64,000 nucleotides of DNA, from NCBI GenBank assembly GCA_904063045.1, contig CAJFCJ010000046.1:79369-143368 (forward strand), written 5' to 3'. The DNA comes from Dimorphilus gyrociliatus. Taxonomy: Eukaryota > Animalia > Annelida. The first letter of the stretch is position 1, and each line of letters opens with the position of its first letter. A program made the position numbers and the translations under genes. Below, one piece after another: positions 1 to 12,049 of the stretch. The notes below the pieces were generated by a model. The model did no database searches and was not told the origin of the DNA. It saw only the letters and a program-made list of their open reading frames with translations.

Positions 1-1
1 A

Positions 2-635
2 GTTCAATTCCTTGGTCATAGAATTACACAGAAGGGTATTGAAACTGATCCTGAAAAGATTCAGAAAATAAAATATGCCAAATTACCTATGTTTGCAGAT
101 ACTTTATTAAGTTTTGTAGCATTTTGTGGTTATTACAGAAGATTTATCAAGGACTTTGCAAAAATTACAAAACCTTTGAGAGAGTAATTAAAATTAGATC
201 AAAAAACTGAAAAATTGAAATGGACTAAAGAAGCAGAGGAGGCTTATCAGATACTAAAGAAATCCATGACAGAGCCACCTATACTTCAAATACTTGATTT
301 TACCACACCATTTTATTTAACAACAGATTCTTCCAATTATGCAGTTGGTGCTGTTCTGGAACAAGAATGGGAAGAAGATGGAAAGAAAATAAGAAAACCA
401 ATCTCTTTTGCTTCCAACCTTCTAATCAATACACAACTAAGATATGCAGCTTATCAAAAAGAATCTTTTGCTGTGTATAGGGCTGTAAAAAAATTCTCCC
501 ATTATTTGCAGTATAAGAAATTTTTTTTTATAGTGACCACCAAAGTTTAGTACAAACATTTGTACAAAACAAACTAAATTCAAGTACTGTTAAATGGGTT
601 ATGGCACTTTTGGATATGGATTTTGAAATAATATA
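2..635 (+). mobile_element. Degraded Ty3/Gypsy pol fragment (RT C-terminus and RNase H), sister family of the element at 42177-51322
   Basis: Reads VQFLGHRITQKGIETDPEK...[20 protein letters not shown], then LTTDSSNYAVGAVLEQ...YAAYQKESFAV. This parallels 45050-45700 ([16 protein letters not shown]...[20 protein letters not shown]; [16 protein letters not shown]; [11 protein letters not shown]). There is an in-frame TAA near 185 and a frameshift near 530. Confidence 0.9.
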
Positions 636-2052
636 CAGTACAGGTAACCTATTTTTGAATGCCCAGCTATTTTCTATATTAGTTAAATTATTTTTTATTT
701 AACATTAACTTTACAATCCAATAATTAGAAATGGCAATTGCCACTTTGTAATCAACATATGCAATTAATTAAATCTTCAAATTTCACTGTTTGAGTAACA
801 AAAAAAATTTTATTCTGAAAAAATCACGAAAATTTATTTCAAGAATTGAAGTAGGATAAGAATTTTAAAAAAAGTTAAAAAGTGCCCAGAATTAGTTTGG
901 ATATGAGAAAATTGGTTGTGGTAAAGAGGAAGGAGAAGATGTCAATGAAGGAAATTGCAAAACAATTAAAAATTTCCAAGGGATCTGTGCATTATATTAT
1001 AAAAAAGTTCCAGAAACATGGAACCATAAATAATTTATCCAAATTATGTACCCCAAGGCTTTTAAGAGAAAGTGAAGAGAGAAAAATTAATCAAATTTGT
1101 AAGAAAAATCCATTTTTAACTGCCAGGAATGTGCTTGAACATTCGGGACTAAACACAAAAATTTCACTGTCAACCTGCAAAAAGATTTTGCAGAAAAATG
1201 ACCTTAAAGGCTATGTTGCAACCAGTAAGCCGGCACTAAGACCTTACCATGGAAGAAACAGAAAAGCATTTTGTAATTCGATGCTAGACAAGAGTCAAGA
1301 AGATATAAGTGAAATTATATTTTCGGATGAAAGTCGGATAGAGCTATATCCAAAAAGGAGAATATGGGTCCATAGGGGCATTGACAAACGGTATGATCCA
1401 AAATACACCAAAAAAGCTATTCAAACAGCTAATGCTTCAATATCAATATGGGGGTGTATAAAAGCTGATGGGACAAGAGCTATAAAGCTTTATAATGGGT
1501 ATATGTACAGCATTCTATATCAAGAAATTATTGAGGAGAAGCTCTTTCCAATTTTTGAGGTAGGCAACCTGCTTATGCAGGATGGTGCCAAATGCCACAC
1601 ATCCGCCTCTACAAGGAGGTTTCTGGAAAGAATCAATATTGAAATTTTGGAAGACTGGCCTTCCAGAAGCCCAGAATTGAATATTATTGAAAATTTATGG
1701 GCTTACTTAAAAAATAAACTGCAGACCCATGTTTTACAGACCATTTGTGGAGGGCAGTAGAAGAGGAGTTTAATAACATACCAAACTCTTATATTACAAA
1801 TTTATACAAAAGCTTCCATAAAAGAGCCAGATTATGTCAGAAAAAAAAGGATATAATATAAGATATTAAAGAAAAAGAAAAAGTGATTATTTGAAGTAGA
1901 ATAATGTATATGTTAATAAAATGTAAAAATAAACATATTTCTTGCCTTTTCCAACAACAATTTTATCAGAATTTGTAAAGTTCAAAAATAGGATATCAGG
2001 CACTTTTTGTGATTTTTTCAGATTACAAAGTGGCAATTGCCATGTCTAATTA
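636..2052 (+). mobile_element. Tc1-like DNA transposon with partial terminal inverted repeats
   Basis: Starts TA|CAGT at 634-639. Segment 721-753 is inverted at 2021-2052 and 814-830 is inverted at ~2004-2021. It contains a transposase ORF. The right end appears truncated. Confidence 0.8.
882..1760 (+). CDS. Tc1/mariner-superfamily transposase, DD35E spacing, frameshifted near the C-terminus
   Basis: N-terminal paired-like HTH; catalytic motifs IFSDES, MQDGAKCH and WPSRSPELNIIENLW. The frame is lost at ~1740-1760. Confidence 0.9.
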   Translation: MPRISLDMRKLVVVKRKEKMSMKEIAKQLKISKGSVHYIIKKFQKHGTINNLSKLCTPRLLRESEERKINQICKKNPFLTARNVLEHSGLNTKISLSTCKKILQKNDLKGYVATSKPALRPYHGRNRKAFCNSMLDKSQEDISEIIFSDESRIELYPKRRIWVHRGIDKRYDPKYTKKAIQTANASISIWGCIKADGTRAIKLYNGYMYSILYQEIIEEKLFPIFEVGNLLMQDGAKCHTSASTRRFLERINIEILEDWPSRSPELNIIENLWAYLKNKLQTHVLQTICGGQ

Positions 2053-2059
2053 ACCATTT

Positions 2060-4164
2060 CCAGATGTTTCATGAAGACAACTTGGACCAAATTATCTGGC
2101 TTTGCTAAATAATTTCACTAATATGGTTCCCAGTAATGGGATGTATTATACTGAAGACGATTACACTGAAATTCAATTTAATGGTAATGATGAAGAATAC
2201 GCCTTCTATGTTGTCGTTACAAACTGTAAATTTGATTCAAACTTTCTAAAACAATTTTGCTTGTCAACATTTGAAAATGGTATTGGCCTTATCAAATTCT
2301 TTTTTCCAGCCAAAGGGGAATATAGTATCAATATCTTTTCAGATAAAAGAAAAATACAATTTCCATGCAATTGTACATGTGTTGCCAAAGAAAAAAACCA
2401 AAGAAAATTAGCTATCCTTCTGTATGTTCATATATTGTTGTTAGTACTCAACAACCAAAACAAACACCAACAATATTTCCTGAAAATGATGTATATACAA
2501 TTGGTAAACAAAATCATTTTTTAAAAATGGGATTAAGAGTTGAAGATAATTTTCATTCATTTCAAAAATGTAGAAAATCAATTCAATTTCAATTTTTCAA
2601 AACTAAACCATGCCAATTCAATATTGAATTATTTTCATTTAATGATCACGAAATGAAAATTGATAGAAGCCTTTATTCATTTATTCAAAATTCTATTTCA
2701 TCTGTTCAGTTTTTTTTGAATTTTCCATCTAGAGAAATGTACAAATGTCTCATTTATGGAAAAGAATTAAATTCTAAAAAGAATAGCAAACTGCTCTATA
2801 TTTGCTATTTTGATGTTATTGAAGAGTTTTCAGATGCTTTTCAATTTCCACAAACAACTGATCAATGGAGAAATAGTGAAATAAATTGCATCATTCAACC
2901 AAAATGGACAATTCATTGTACAACAACTGCAAAATTCCAAATTCAAGGAGTTCAATGCTGGGAAATGATTGCTTATCTTTCCACCAACAAAAACCATGTA
3001 TTAACATTTAGCTGTGACAATGATATTTGGTCATGTGATGTGGATATTGGTGAAAAATTGGGATATTTAATAATAGGGATAATATTAAAAAAAAATCAAA
3101 GACCTTTATTGAAATTTTAAGATATAATATCTATGAGATGATTGCAGCAGAGTCTGAAATCAAAAGTGAAGAAGAGGAAGAAGAGGAAGAGGAGGAAGAG
3201 AAGGAAGAAGAAAATGAAGAGGTTGTTGAGACTGAGAAAATTTCAAATGACATTGTACCAATGGAAGAAATTGATTTTCTAAACTAAATGGAAAAAATTG
3301 TCTATATAAGTCCATTCATTGATGAGGAAGGTAAAGAAGAGGAAGATGAAGAGGACACTAAAAATGAAATAGTTGTAAGTGCAATTATTCAATTCACCCA
3401 AAAATTTCTCTTAATTTCTGTCAATATTAGGAAACAAGTACTCATTCTTTACAAGAACAAACAGCTGATGATGTTACTGATGATGAACCAATTGAAGTAG
3501 AAGACCCTGATAAGTTGAATGAAATAAAGAAAAGTTTGTTTTTGTCAGTTTTTTGACTAATATTTGTTTTTAATTTGTGTGCCATTTTTTAGAATTGGCA
3601 GAAGCAGTTGACGATATAGATTATGACGCATTGAAATCAATTTTAAAGATAGCATCAATTAAACCAATTTGCTATTCATTAAAGAATGAACTAGCAGAGG
3701 CAAACAAATTGATGGACAACTTAAAATCAATCAAAAGTTTACAGTATAGAATTCTTAAACTGGATCAGAGATGTATTGCTGAACTACACAATTACAGTAC
3801 TCCACCGACAATTGTGCATACTGTTATGAAATCAGTACTACTCATCTTATCAGTTCCAGAATCGGAATCTGAACATTGGAATGAATGTCAAAAATATATT
3901 AAATTTGTTTCATCAAAATCTATATTAAAGAAGATAGATAAGTTGGAAATATTAAAATTGCACCCTAGTATTGTACTCAGGGCTAATAACATAATATCTT
4001 CTATAAATTTACAACAAGTAAAAGAAGCTAGTGCAGGTGCAGCTGCATTCTTTCTTTGGATTAGTCACAGTATATCAGTCTATACAAATGTTCATAAAGC
4101 AAGGATGTCAAAATTTCAACCAGCTGGCATTGCATTGCAAAAGCAGATATTTGGGATAAAATAG
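2060..4164 (+). pseudogene. 5'-truncated KY/hillarin (transglutaminase-family)-like gene: Ig-like KY C-terminal repeats, acidic linker, C-terminal helical domain
   Basis: ORFs 2102-2524, 2365-3120 and 3577-4164 show the recurring FxxPxxGEYxxxIF / FLNFPSxxMYKCLIYGK / FPQT pattern. Poly-Glu stretch at 3165-3225. C-terminal LDQRCIAELHNYSTPP...ASAGAAAFFLW. No transglutaminase core is seen; the 5' end abuts the Tc1. Confidence 0.6.
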
Positions 4165-5067
4165 GCCTACAAATACACTGTGATGTTTTGATTTTGATCA
4201 ATTGATGAATAAGTTGATGATGAGAAGGATAGGGAATTTTTAAGAAATATAGAAAATATTGAAATGATAATAAATTATAGGCCTAATCTAATCTTTTTCA
4301 CCTTAGTAAAACATATCAACATGTTTTAAATATTATTTTTCTTCATTAAATCATAACAACTAAAACAATAAAATTTATATAAATTATACTTTGTTGTATT
4401 ATAAATGAAGGAATTTCTGCCATATCACAACTGCATTCGTCTTTTCAATCCCCTTCAGTCAATTGGTAATCCAATTTATGGAAAAAATTTCAAAACTAAT
4501 AATATAAATAATTTATATCTAACTGAGTAGTAGAAAATATATAGATAGTCTGTTCAGGTTTTCCAGTTAGATCATAACAAATATATATAAACAAAAGCTA
4601 CATGTAATCAAGAGTGCTATAATACAATTGTTTGATCTTGTCTTTCACTTGTGGATAAAGGGGCATATGAACCAGATGCAGAAAGTTCTTGTTCACGTTG
4701 TCGAGTTGCTGAGGAAACTCTACAAAAAAAATATCAAATTGAGTTAAGAGAAAAGAAAGAAAAGAATTTTAATTAAACAATGAAAGTGTATGAAGTTTTA
4801 AAAGAAAAATAAACTTTATTTTACATTCACCAATTAATATTGTTGTTCATCTCCAGCATAGATGTTTGGCTTTTACTTGAAAATGTATTTGAAAGGCATT
4901 ATTTGATTTTTTGATCATAATAAATAAATATACGCTATTCCTGTTCAAATTGTGATGACTATTGAACTGTGCATTACTCACACATGGCGTTTTCAACAAC
5001 CCACTTGGCTGATAAATGTTGATGATATTTTAAAACCATTTAAAATATCCAAATATCTAGGTGTAAA

Positions 5068-5260
5068 ATAGCTTTTGATTTATAGTTAGCTGGGTTCCAT
5101 CTAAGGGTTAGGGCTAGTCAACAAAGTTAAGGAGTGACAAGGGCTAGTTTAGGGTTATTTATAAATTTAATAGTTATATTCAAAACTTACTTTACTCCTC
5201 CTAACCATTTTTCAACCCGAAAAGTTGCTTTCAAAAATCTCATTTTGGGACATCCATTCT
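5068..5260. mobile_element. Rearranged copy of the TTAGGG-rich MITE family
   Basis: 5068-5156 matches 7134-7225 in the same orientation; 5187-5255 matches 7072-7136 inverted. Confidence 0.75.
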
Positions 5261-5489
5261 AGACTAGTTAACATCTCAGGCTGACAGTAAACATTCTTTT
5301 GTTACATGTTTTGCAATTTAATTGTTTAAAAATGGTATACCCCTGCACTTTCTATTGAAAAGGTTGTTACAAAAACAGCATTTATGTATTGAGTGTGCTG
5401 AGCTTCTATCTTTAAGAAAGTAATTAGAAAACTAAGCTATCAACCATTGATTAGGAGAAATTGGAACTGGTCCAAAAGTCAACAATAGC

Positions 5490-5660
5490 CAAGTTTGACC
5501 TTTTAATAACCTTAAGCTGGCTAGTAAATTAATGTTGGTAGGTAGTTGAAGTAAAACTAGTGTATTGGTGTGCTATTGTTAAGTATTCATAGGAAACAGT
5601 AATGAGTTTTATCTACAGTTTTCTTAAAGGCATCTTTATCAAACTGAAGTGCACATTTAT
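5490..5660 (+). repeat. Dispersed repeat, inverted homolog at 59225-59480
   Basis: Shared blocks caacaatag..gtttgaccttt, agctggc..taaattaatgtt, tgctattgttaag.attcat and aactgaagtgcacat. Confidence 0.7.
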
Positions 5661-5959
5661 TAAAAGATTTTTGATAAATATAGATTTAAACAATAAAACA
5701 AAACTGAAATTGCAGATATTGGAGTTTCTACTTTCATTATTTCATCACATATTTTATTATTCTGTACAATTTTATTAATCAAAAGCAATTGTGACTGTTA
5801 TCAAATGGTTTATGGGCGTTTTAAAAAATCATAGGCCTAATCAAGTTTCTATATAAAATATCAGAAAATTTGTAGACTGTACAGTCAATCATGAGTAGAC
5901 TAGTTCAATTTATGGAGAGAACATCAATGGACTGGTATGAATATGTTAATTCCTTAGAA

Positions 5960-6694
5960 TATCGATTTCAATATTTGAATAAGAATTTTTTTTTAATTTG
6001 ATAAAACGTCCTCAAAAATGTTATGAAATACAATAGGAGTTGACTTTTTCACCATAATCCATGAAGTCAATGTGAATTTATCCTGAATGGTCCCAAAAAA
6101 CTGTGCACATCAGTTTTTCAGCTGATTTAGTCATTTTTAGCTTTTTTCCAGGTGGCAATGATGTGTGTTTGTAGGTTAGGGAAGCCCTCTTTGACTCAGG
6201 CTCAGAGAGATGAACCCAATATTCATCCCCAGTTACTATTCAAAAAATGCTTCTTTTTCTGCCATGTACCAATTAAGTAGTTCAATACAATGGCTCACCC
6301 TTACCTCTTTTTGATCCTGATTAAGATCATAGGGGATCCATTTAGCACAAATTTTTCTGTACCCTAGCTCCTTAATCATCTTCCCAACAGCCTCTTGACC
6401 AATATCTAATTTTTTGGCAATTGCTCTCTGAGATGTGTTTCAATCTTTCCTGATAAGCCTATCAACTGATTCTTTATTTTGATCTGTTAGAGCTGTCTTT
6501 GGACGACCAGATCTTGGCAAGTCGTCAAGATTTTTTCTTCCTTTTTTTATTTTAATAGCCCACCTTCTTACTGAAGATTCACTCAGAGTTTCATCCCCAA
6601 AATAGCTTTTTAACCTTGTGTAAATATTCTTTGAAGAGGCCTTCTCATGAACTAAAAATGCAATAGTTTTTTGCTGATCTGAACATGTAGACAT
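5960..6694 (-). pseudogene. Mariner-type transposase relic
   Basis: HTH LSESSVRRW..LDDLPRSGRP, then KICAKWIPYDL, IVTGDEYWVH and MCTVFWD across stops and frameshifts. Confidence 0.85.
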
Positions 6695-7054
6695 AACCTG
6701 CTGTTGTTTGCACTGAAATAATTTTGTAAAAGTAAAGAAGTTGTAAAGAAGTTAAAGAAAGTAACCTTGCCTATTGCAAAGGAATCAACAAAAGATGAGT
6801 AAAAGTTACCCACAAATTTGTTGAAGAAAAATTGTTGCCAAGAACAGATATTTGGTTCCAAGGACCTGAAGGAAAGCAGTTCAAGTTGACTAAAAGAAAA
6901 TAGGATATATCCTACTAGAAAGAGTTATAAATACAAAAGAAGAAAGAGAGATAAAAATAAAAATCACCAAAGTGGAACAAGGGCACATGGAAGAACCTAT
7001 AAATATTAAAATTGGTTGACAGAAATTTCATCAACTTGCAAGAAACTTTTAACC

Positions 7055-7261
7055 TGGGCCAACAGAAAACATCCCCAAATGAGATTTTTGAAAGCAACAT
7101 TTCGGATTCAAAAATGGTTAGGAGGAGTAAAGTAGCTTTTGATTTATAGTTAGGGGGATTCCATCTAAGGGTTAGGAGCAATCAAAAAGGTTAAGGAGAG
7201 ACAAGGGCTAGGTTAGGGTTAGGGTTAAACTGTGCTTTTGGGGACGTTTTCTGTCATATCC
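7055..7261 (-). mobile_element. MULE-type MITE (207 bp) with TTAGGG-like interior
   Basis: 9-bp TSD CTTTTAACC at 7046-7054 and 7262-7270; imperfect ~25-bp TIRs (..ACAGAAAACATCCCCAAA / TTTTGGGGACGTTTTCTGTCATATCC). Confidence 0.9.
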
Positions 7262-7299
7262 CTTTTAACCAGCTCTCAAGAATGTTATGTAGAGCATTT

Positions 7300-7862
7300 G
7301 TGCAGAGGAATAGGATGATAACTTTATTAAGTCCTATCTTACCTCAGTTGTCTACAGTTTTATCTGAAGAAAAAGGAATACATAGCACTTGACTGGGAGA
7401 CCTCACAACAATTAATTATTGTATACAACACAAATCTATTAAGATCATATGTGACACAAACATTATTGTTAAATATCGTAAATGTTCAAAAACAGCTATT
7501 GGCCAAGTATATGGAGTTAATGCTCTCAGTGGAGCTCATAACCCATCAGATGCATGAAATCAGCCAAAAAGATATAATCTATGGCAAATGTAACACTGAA
7601 CAAAATCTTTTCAAGGTAAAAGATAATCCCTATGATAGTCAGAGTAACAACAAACAGCAAATATTTCTTCATTATTCTGCAAATGGATGTAAATTCAGGA
7701 AAGTGGCTGCTCAATCAATAAGATTAAAGATTTCAAATAAGCTGGAAGAACACCAATTAGATATTGAAAGACTCTCAGAACTTTTGAAATTAGGCATTAA
7801 AGAAGCTGTTGGAAAAAAGGGTGTACAGCTACAGCAAGTATTTGATTATGTGACAAGTAAGA
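7300..7862 (+). other. Unassigned coding-like segment (ORF 7451-7894)
   Basis: 147-codon open frame with a protein-like composition in AT-rich DNA; no family recognised. Confidence 0.25.
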
Positions 7863-9026
7863 TTGATCAATATTGGTTCAACTTTCTCCACTAATACACA
7901 TCAAACTGTGAATATTGCTCTAAATCAAGTTTGTTATTCGTCTAGCAAAGAGAGCAACCAAAAAGGAAAACAACTGGCATTGGACGGATCTTTTGATCAA
8001 TATTCATACTTTAGCTCTACTACTAATCCTTTGGAAAATGAATGGTGGATGGTTGTATTTTCAAACAGTTATTTTGTGAGGACAATCAGAATTTTAAATC
8101 CTAAACATCATTCAATGTCAAATGTTGCATTTTTGACTAGTATTGAAGATACTAACCCTAATAATATCAATTCTTTTACACTGTGCAATCAAGGTTCAGT
8201 TGGATCAATGCAATCTCTAACTGTTGATTGTTTGAATGGACCGCAATATTCCAAATTGACTGTTGTTAAACTTGAATCTGTCAATAAGAAATTAACTATA
8301 TCTGAAATTGAAATTTGGACAATGAGAGATATTGATAGGAATAAACTCAATGTCTTACCACTAATTGTCAATGAACAAACCGGGAATGATGGTCAAAGTT
8401 TCTCCTCTTGGGAGGATCCATTCTGTTCATGGACAGGTTCAATTGTTCCAAGTTGGTGGGTAATAGACTTGGAAATAGAGAGTGAAATATATGCTGTGTC
8501 ATTGGTAAATAGAAATTACGCTCTTGAACGTCTAAGTCAATCAAAAATAATAATATCAAATAATGTTTTAACGAATCCTCCTTGGCAACCCGAAATATTA
8601 TGTAACACAATAGATGACGCTACTTTATACATGACCAGACGTTGTCCTAAATATACAATTGGTAGATATCTTGCTCTGTTCAAGCCATCTTATGTTTCAT
8701 CTTCTGGTAATGGATTGACTATATGTGAAATTGAAATATTTGGGTCAACTTTGAATGATACAGCTCAATTTACTTGGATAATAAATTCTTCATCTTCTAC
8801 AATTCAAATAAATTCTAGAATGTTGTGTAACAATCAGAATGTCCAATCAATTGAAATTACTCAATATAAGAGTAAAATTGTATTGGTAGAAGTAAAAGGT
8901 ATTCTTCTTTCGAAATCTTGCAAAAATGATGCTGTAAAATTGATTGCATCTCGGGGAAACAATATGGAGGAATGCCAATTGGAAGGTACTTTAGATGGAT
9001 ACTACTCTCAGTATGATATTTTGTGA
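7863..9026 (+). CDS. Tandem F-type lectin (FTP/fucolectin, F5/8-fold) domain protein exon
   Basis: Two domains: NIALNQ..ALDG..WWMVVF..LTISEIEIW and GNDG..CSWT..WWVIDL..VSLVNR..ERL..GRYL..LTICEIEIFG. No ATG or signal exon was identified. Confidence 0.8.
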   Translation: MINIGSTFSTNTHQTVNIALNQVCYSSSKESNQKGKQLALDGSFDQYSYFSSTTNPLENEWWMVVFSNSYFVRTIRILNPKHHSMSNVAFLTSIEDTNPNNINSFTLCNQGSVGSMQSLTVDCLNGPQYSKLTVVKLESVNKKLTISEIEIWTMRDIDRNKLNVLPLIVNEQTGNDGQSFSSWEDPFCSWTGSIVPSWWVIDLEIESEIYAVSLVNRNYALERLSQSKIIISNNVLTNPPWQPEILCNTIDDATLYMTRRCPKYTIGRYLALFKPSYVSSSGNGLTICEIEIFGSTLNDTAQFTWIINSSSSTIQINSRMLCNNQNVQSIEITQYKSKIVLVEVKGILLSKSCKNDAVKLIASRGNNMEECQLEGTLDGYYSQYDIL

Positions 9027-9429
9027 AAATTCAAATTTTAAAAATATCCACTCTGAAATATATATCATAGGACTATGGAGAAGAAAAGTATGTAAAATTT
9101 TGACCACTTTTTAAGAAAAATCACTTCAATAATTGTTTTGGCGTAGGATTGTTCTATAAATTCAGTTTTGCAAAAAATAAAAAAAATATCAACTTAAACA
9201 CTAAAATAACTAAGCATTAAGTATGGCATACCTCTTTCATATAACACAGTTTAGAATTCAAAATCTATTCAATTGTAAATAAACTACTCTTAAGTTAACT
9301 CTTCTCTATTTGAGAATACCAGTTTTCTTTAATGGACATAATGACGTTTGTTAATAACTTAATAAAATATGTAACTGAAAATTATATACATATGGCCCAA
9401 AACAAAAGTAGCTATTAACACACTGATAA

Positions 9430-10562
9430 ATATGGGGTGGGGAAAAAATGTCCCAGGGTGGGAAAAAACGTTCTAATTGTTGGGAAAAAACATCCTAATT
9501 GTTGGGAAAAAACGTCCTAAAGCTTGGGAAAAAACTTCCTATGCCTGGCTAAAGATATACTTGGCATAATTATTGATACTTTTAATCAGAAATGTTTTTC
9601 TCTTTTGCTGTTTACTTCATTTATAGAATAAAATATTAATATTTTTGAAGAAAGGGATATGTATTGTGATGTTTTTACCAGTTTTCTCTGAATTATGTAA
9701 TGCTATTAAAAGAGAAATGAATTATTTCCTTGTATTGTCTGTAAGTGAAAGATAAATTTTGCAGTTCTTGGCATATTTTCAGGCTAATTTGTTTTTTAAG
9801 CATTGAAACTCTTGTATTGATTTGGTTTTTTTGAATATTACAAGATAATATATTTTTTTAAGAACCCTTCTCTCCTGTCAGTTATTATTTATAATTTTTG
9901 TATTGGCAGCCATGTTTGATATTTGAAAGTTAATTTATTTTTACAGAAACATTGAAAGTACTTGGATTAAGCATTCAATTTGGACACCAAATTGTTGGTC
10001 TGTATTTGGTCTTGCCATCAGCACCAACAATGATGCTGAAGGATGGCACAGAAGAATAAATGAAAAGACTCCTGCAAAAGGCTCATTTTATATGCTCATA
10101 GATATTTTAAAACAGGAATCAAGTCTTATTCCAGTTGTAGAGAAACTTCTATCAGAAAAAAGGCTAAAGAAGTATCAGAAGAAAAGTGCCATCCAGAAGC
10201 AGAACCAAGTATTTGCTGTTTGGGATAAATACAGATTGGGAATGGTTACATCTGCTGTCTTCTTGCAGAAGATTGCATTAATCTATTCAAACTAATTCTC
10301 AGTGTCTTAGCATAATTTTTACTTTATTCTGGTAACTTTTAAACTTTGTATAACATTCTTAGCTTTTTTCATTTTTAAGACATTTTAATAAACATATATT
10401 CATTATTAATTATTATATTCTCAGTATATTGTCTTTGGTTCCCAAAATAGAGCAATCACTTTAAAATTCAAATATCTTTTCCCACTATTTGTTTTTCCCA
10501 ACCTTAGGATGTTTTTTCCCAGGGATGTTTTTTCCCAAGGACATTTTTTCCCATACTCATTC
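9430..10562 (+). mobile_element. Internally deleted MULE with tandem-repeat TIRs and a transposase C-terminal remnant
   Basis: ~21-bp tandem units GGGAAAAAAC(A/G)TCC at 9434-9545, inverted at 10490-10562. Contains WSVFGLAISTNNDAEGWHRRIN and ORF 10092-10295. No TSD found. Confidence 0.8.
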
Positions 10563-11225
10563 AAGATGGCTACATGTAACAATTGTTGTTTTGAATAGTT
10601 GTATTTATTGTCTGTCATCGAATTATTGTGTAGAAAACAGAATTGGAATTTACAATGAAACCAAGTTTCCAGATTCACAATTTTCTGATCATTTGCCTTA
10701 TAGAGATAGAGAACCATATCATGCAAGAATTACAGATGGTAGATTGACATCATGGATGACTCTTCATTATGGAAATGGATGGCTTCAAATATATCTAGGT
10801 CAATATGAAATAGAAAATATTTCACAATAGAACATATAATTGCTTTTCAGGTGAGATCTATGATATTCACAGAATTGAAATTAGAGGCGATTGTTGGTGC
10901 AGTGATGGAAACCATGAGCCATATTATACATTAACTTTCAAATTATCATATTCATTGAATGGAGGTCAAATATTTAATTATGCAGATGAAAATGGAGGAG
11001 ATAGAGTTGTTTTAAAAATTTAAATTTCAAAAGTAATTTTAAGGATTAATAATTGGGTTATTATTATTTTTTTTTGAAACAGATCTTTCATGGAAATACA
11101 ATAGCAACATAAAATATAATCAATAAAATTAATTTCAACAAGAAAATTCAAGCTGATACAATAAGATTAACCCTAATGTCTGGTTTCTATGCAGCAACAG
11201 CTTTTGAATTATATTGATGTGGTAA
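10563..11225 (+). pseudogene. Discoidin (F5/8 type C) domain gene fragment
   Basis: CVENRIGIYNETKFPDSQFS..ARI..SW..GWLQIYLG; spliced continuation IHRIEIRG..FKLSYSLNG..IFHGN..IRL; contains in-frame stops. Confidence 0.75.
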
Positions 11226-12049
11226 TTTTTTTGTTACTATTGGAAAAAAAAATTAGTTTATTTTAAACATTACACATTTGAAATAAGATGGCCTCTTACC
11301 ATATTATTGATGGTTAATTAATTAAAATATTTAACAGCATCAAATGTAGAAGTTCTTTGCTTGCAAAGTCACAAAGCCAATGATACTCAACATATTGTAT
11401 TAAACTTTTGCAAATGTCACTTAAAATCCATATAAAAAAAACACAAAAACATTCAGTCAAATATTAATTCAATTAGACTTCCTAAAAGTTGGACTCTGTA
11501 ATGTTCATTTCTGGTTGATCTGAGAACAGATGCAGATGTGATAAAACCCCAAGTATTCAATGAGAAATATTCAGTTTATTTCATTAATATATTAAAAAAT
11601 CAATAAAATGTCAATGTCCCAAGTGTTTGACAAATGCCAAGAATACTTTCCTAAAGTTTTATCTTGACTGTCATGCAAAAGAAAAATATATAATATACAC
11701 ATAGAATGTTCTTTGGTGAGAGATACAGATATACATCTGTTTGCCTTAAGTATTTTTTTGACCATAACAGATGGGGCTACTATTGATTAACACAGGAACA
11801 AAGAACATAGAAAAGGCTCCTTTGTTTTTTTTTCAAATTTCCAACTTTGATGCTATAGTGATTGGGGTTGATAATTAATCATAACTTGGCCAAACCTGAA
11901 CTGACACTTAAAACAATTGTATTGTTGAAATTGAAAAGTTAGCCTATATAGCAAATGCTCATTTAATGTTTAACTATAAATGAATCTCTATAACCATATA
12001 TAAGAGGAAAATAATAAAAACATGACCCAGTGAAATCTTAAATTCAAAG

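Noticed and set aside
4400-5040. Possible small exons
   Set aside because: Short frames with stops and no recognisable motif.
7195-7230. TTAGGG runs as a true telomere or chromosome fusion scar
   Set aside because: They are only 2-3 units long and always lie inside TSD-flanked MITEs.
9434-9545. CRISPR-like regularly spaced repeats
   Set aside because: The spacers are short and near-identical, the array is mirrored at 10490-10562 as a transposon TIR, there are no cas genes, and the context is eukaryotic.
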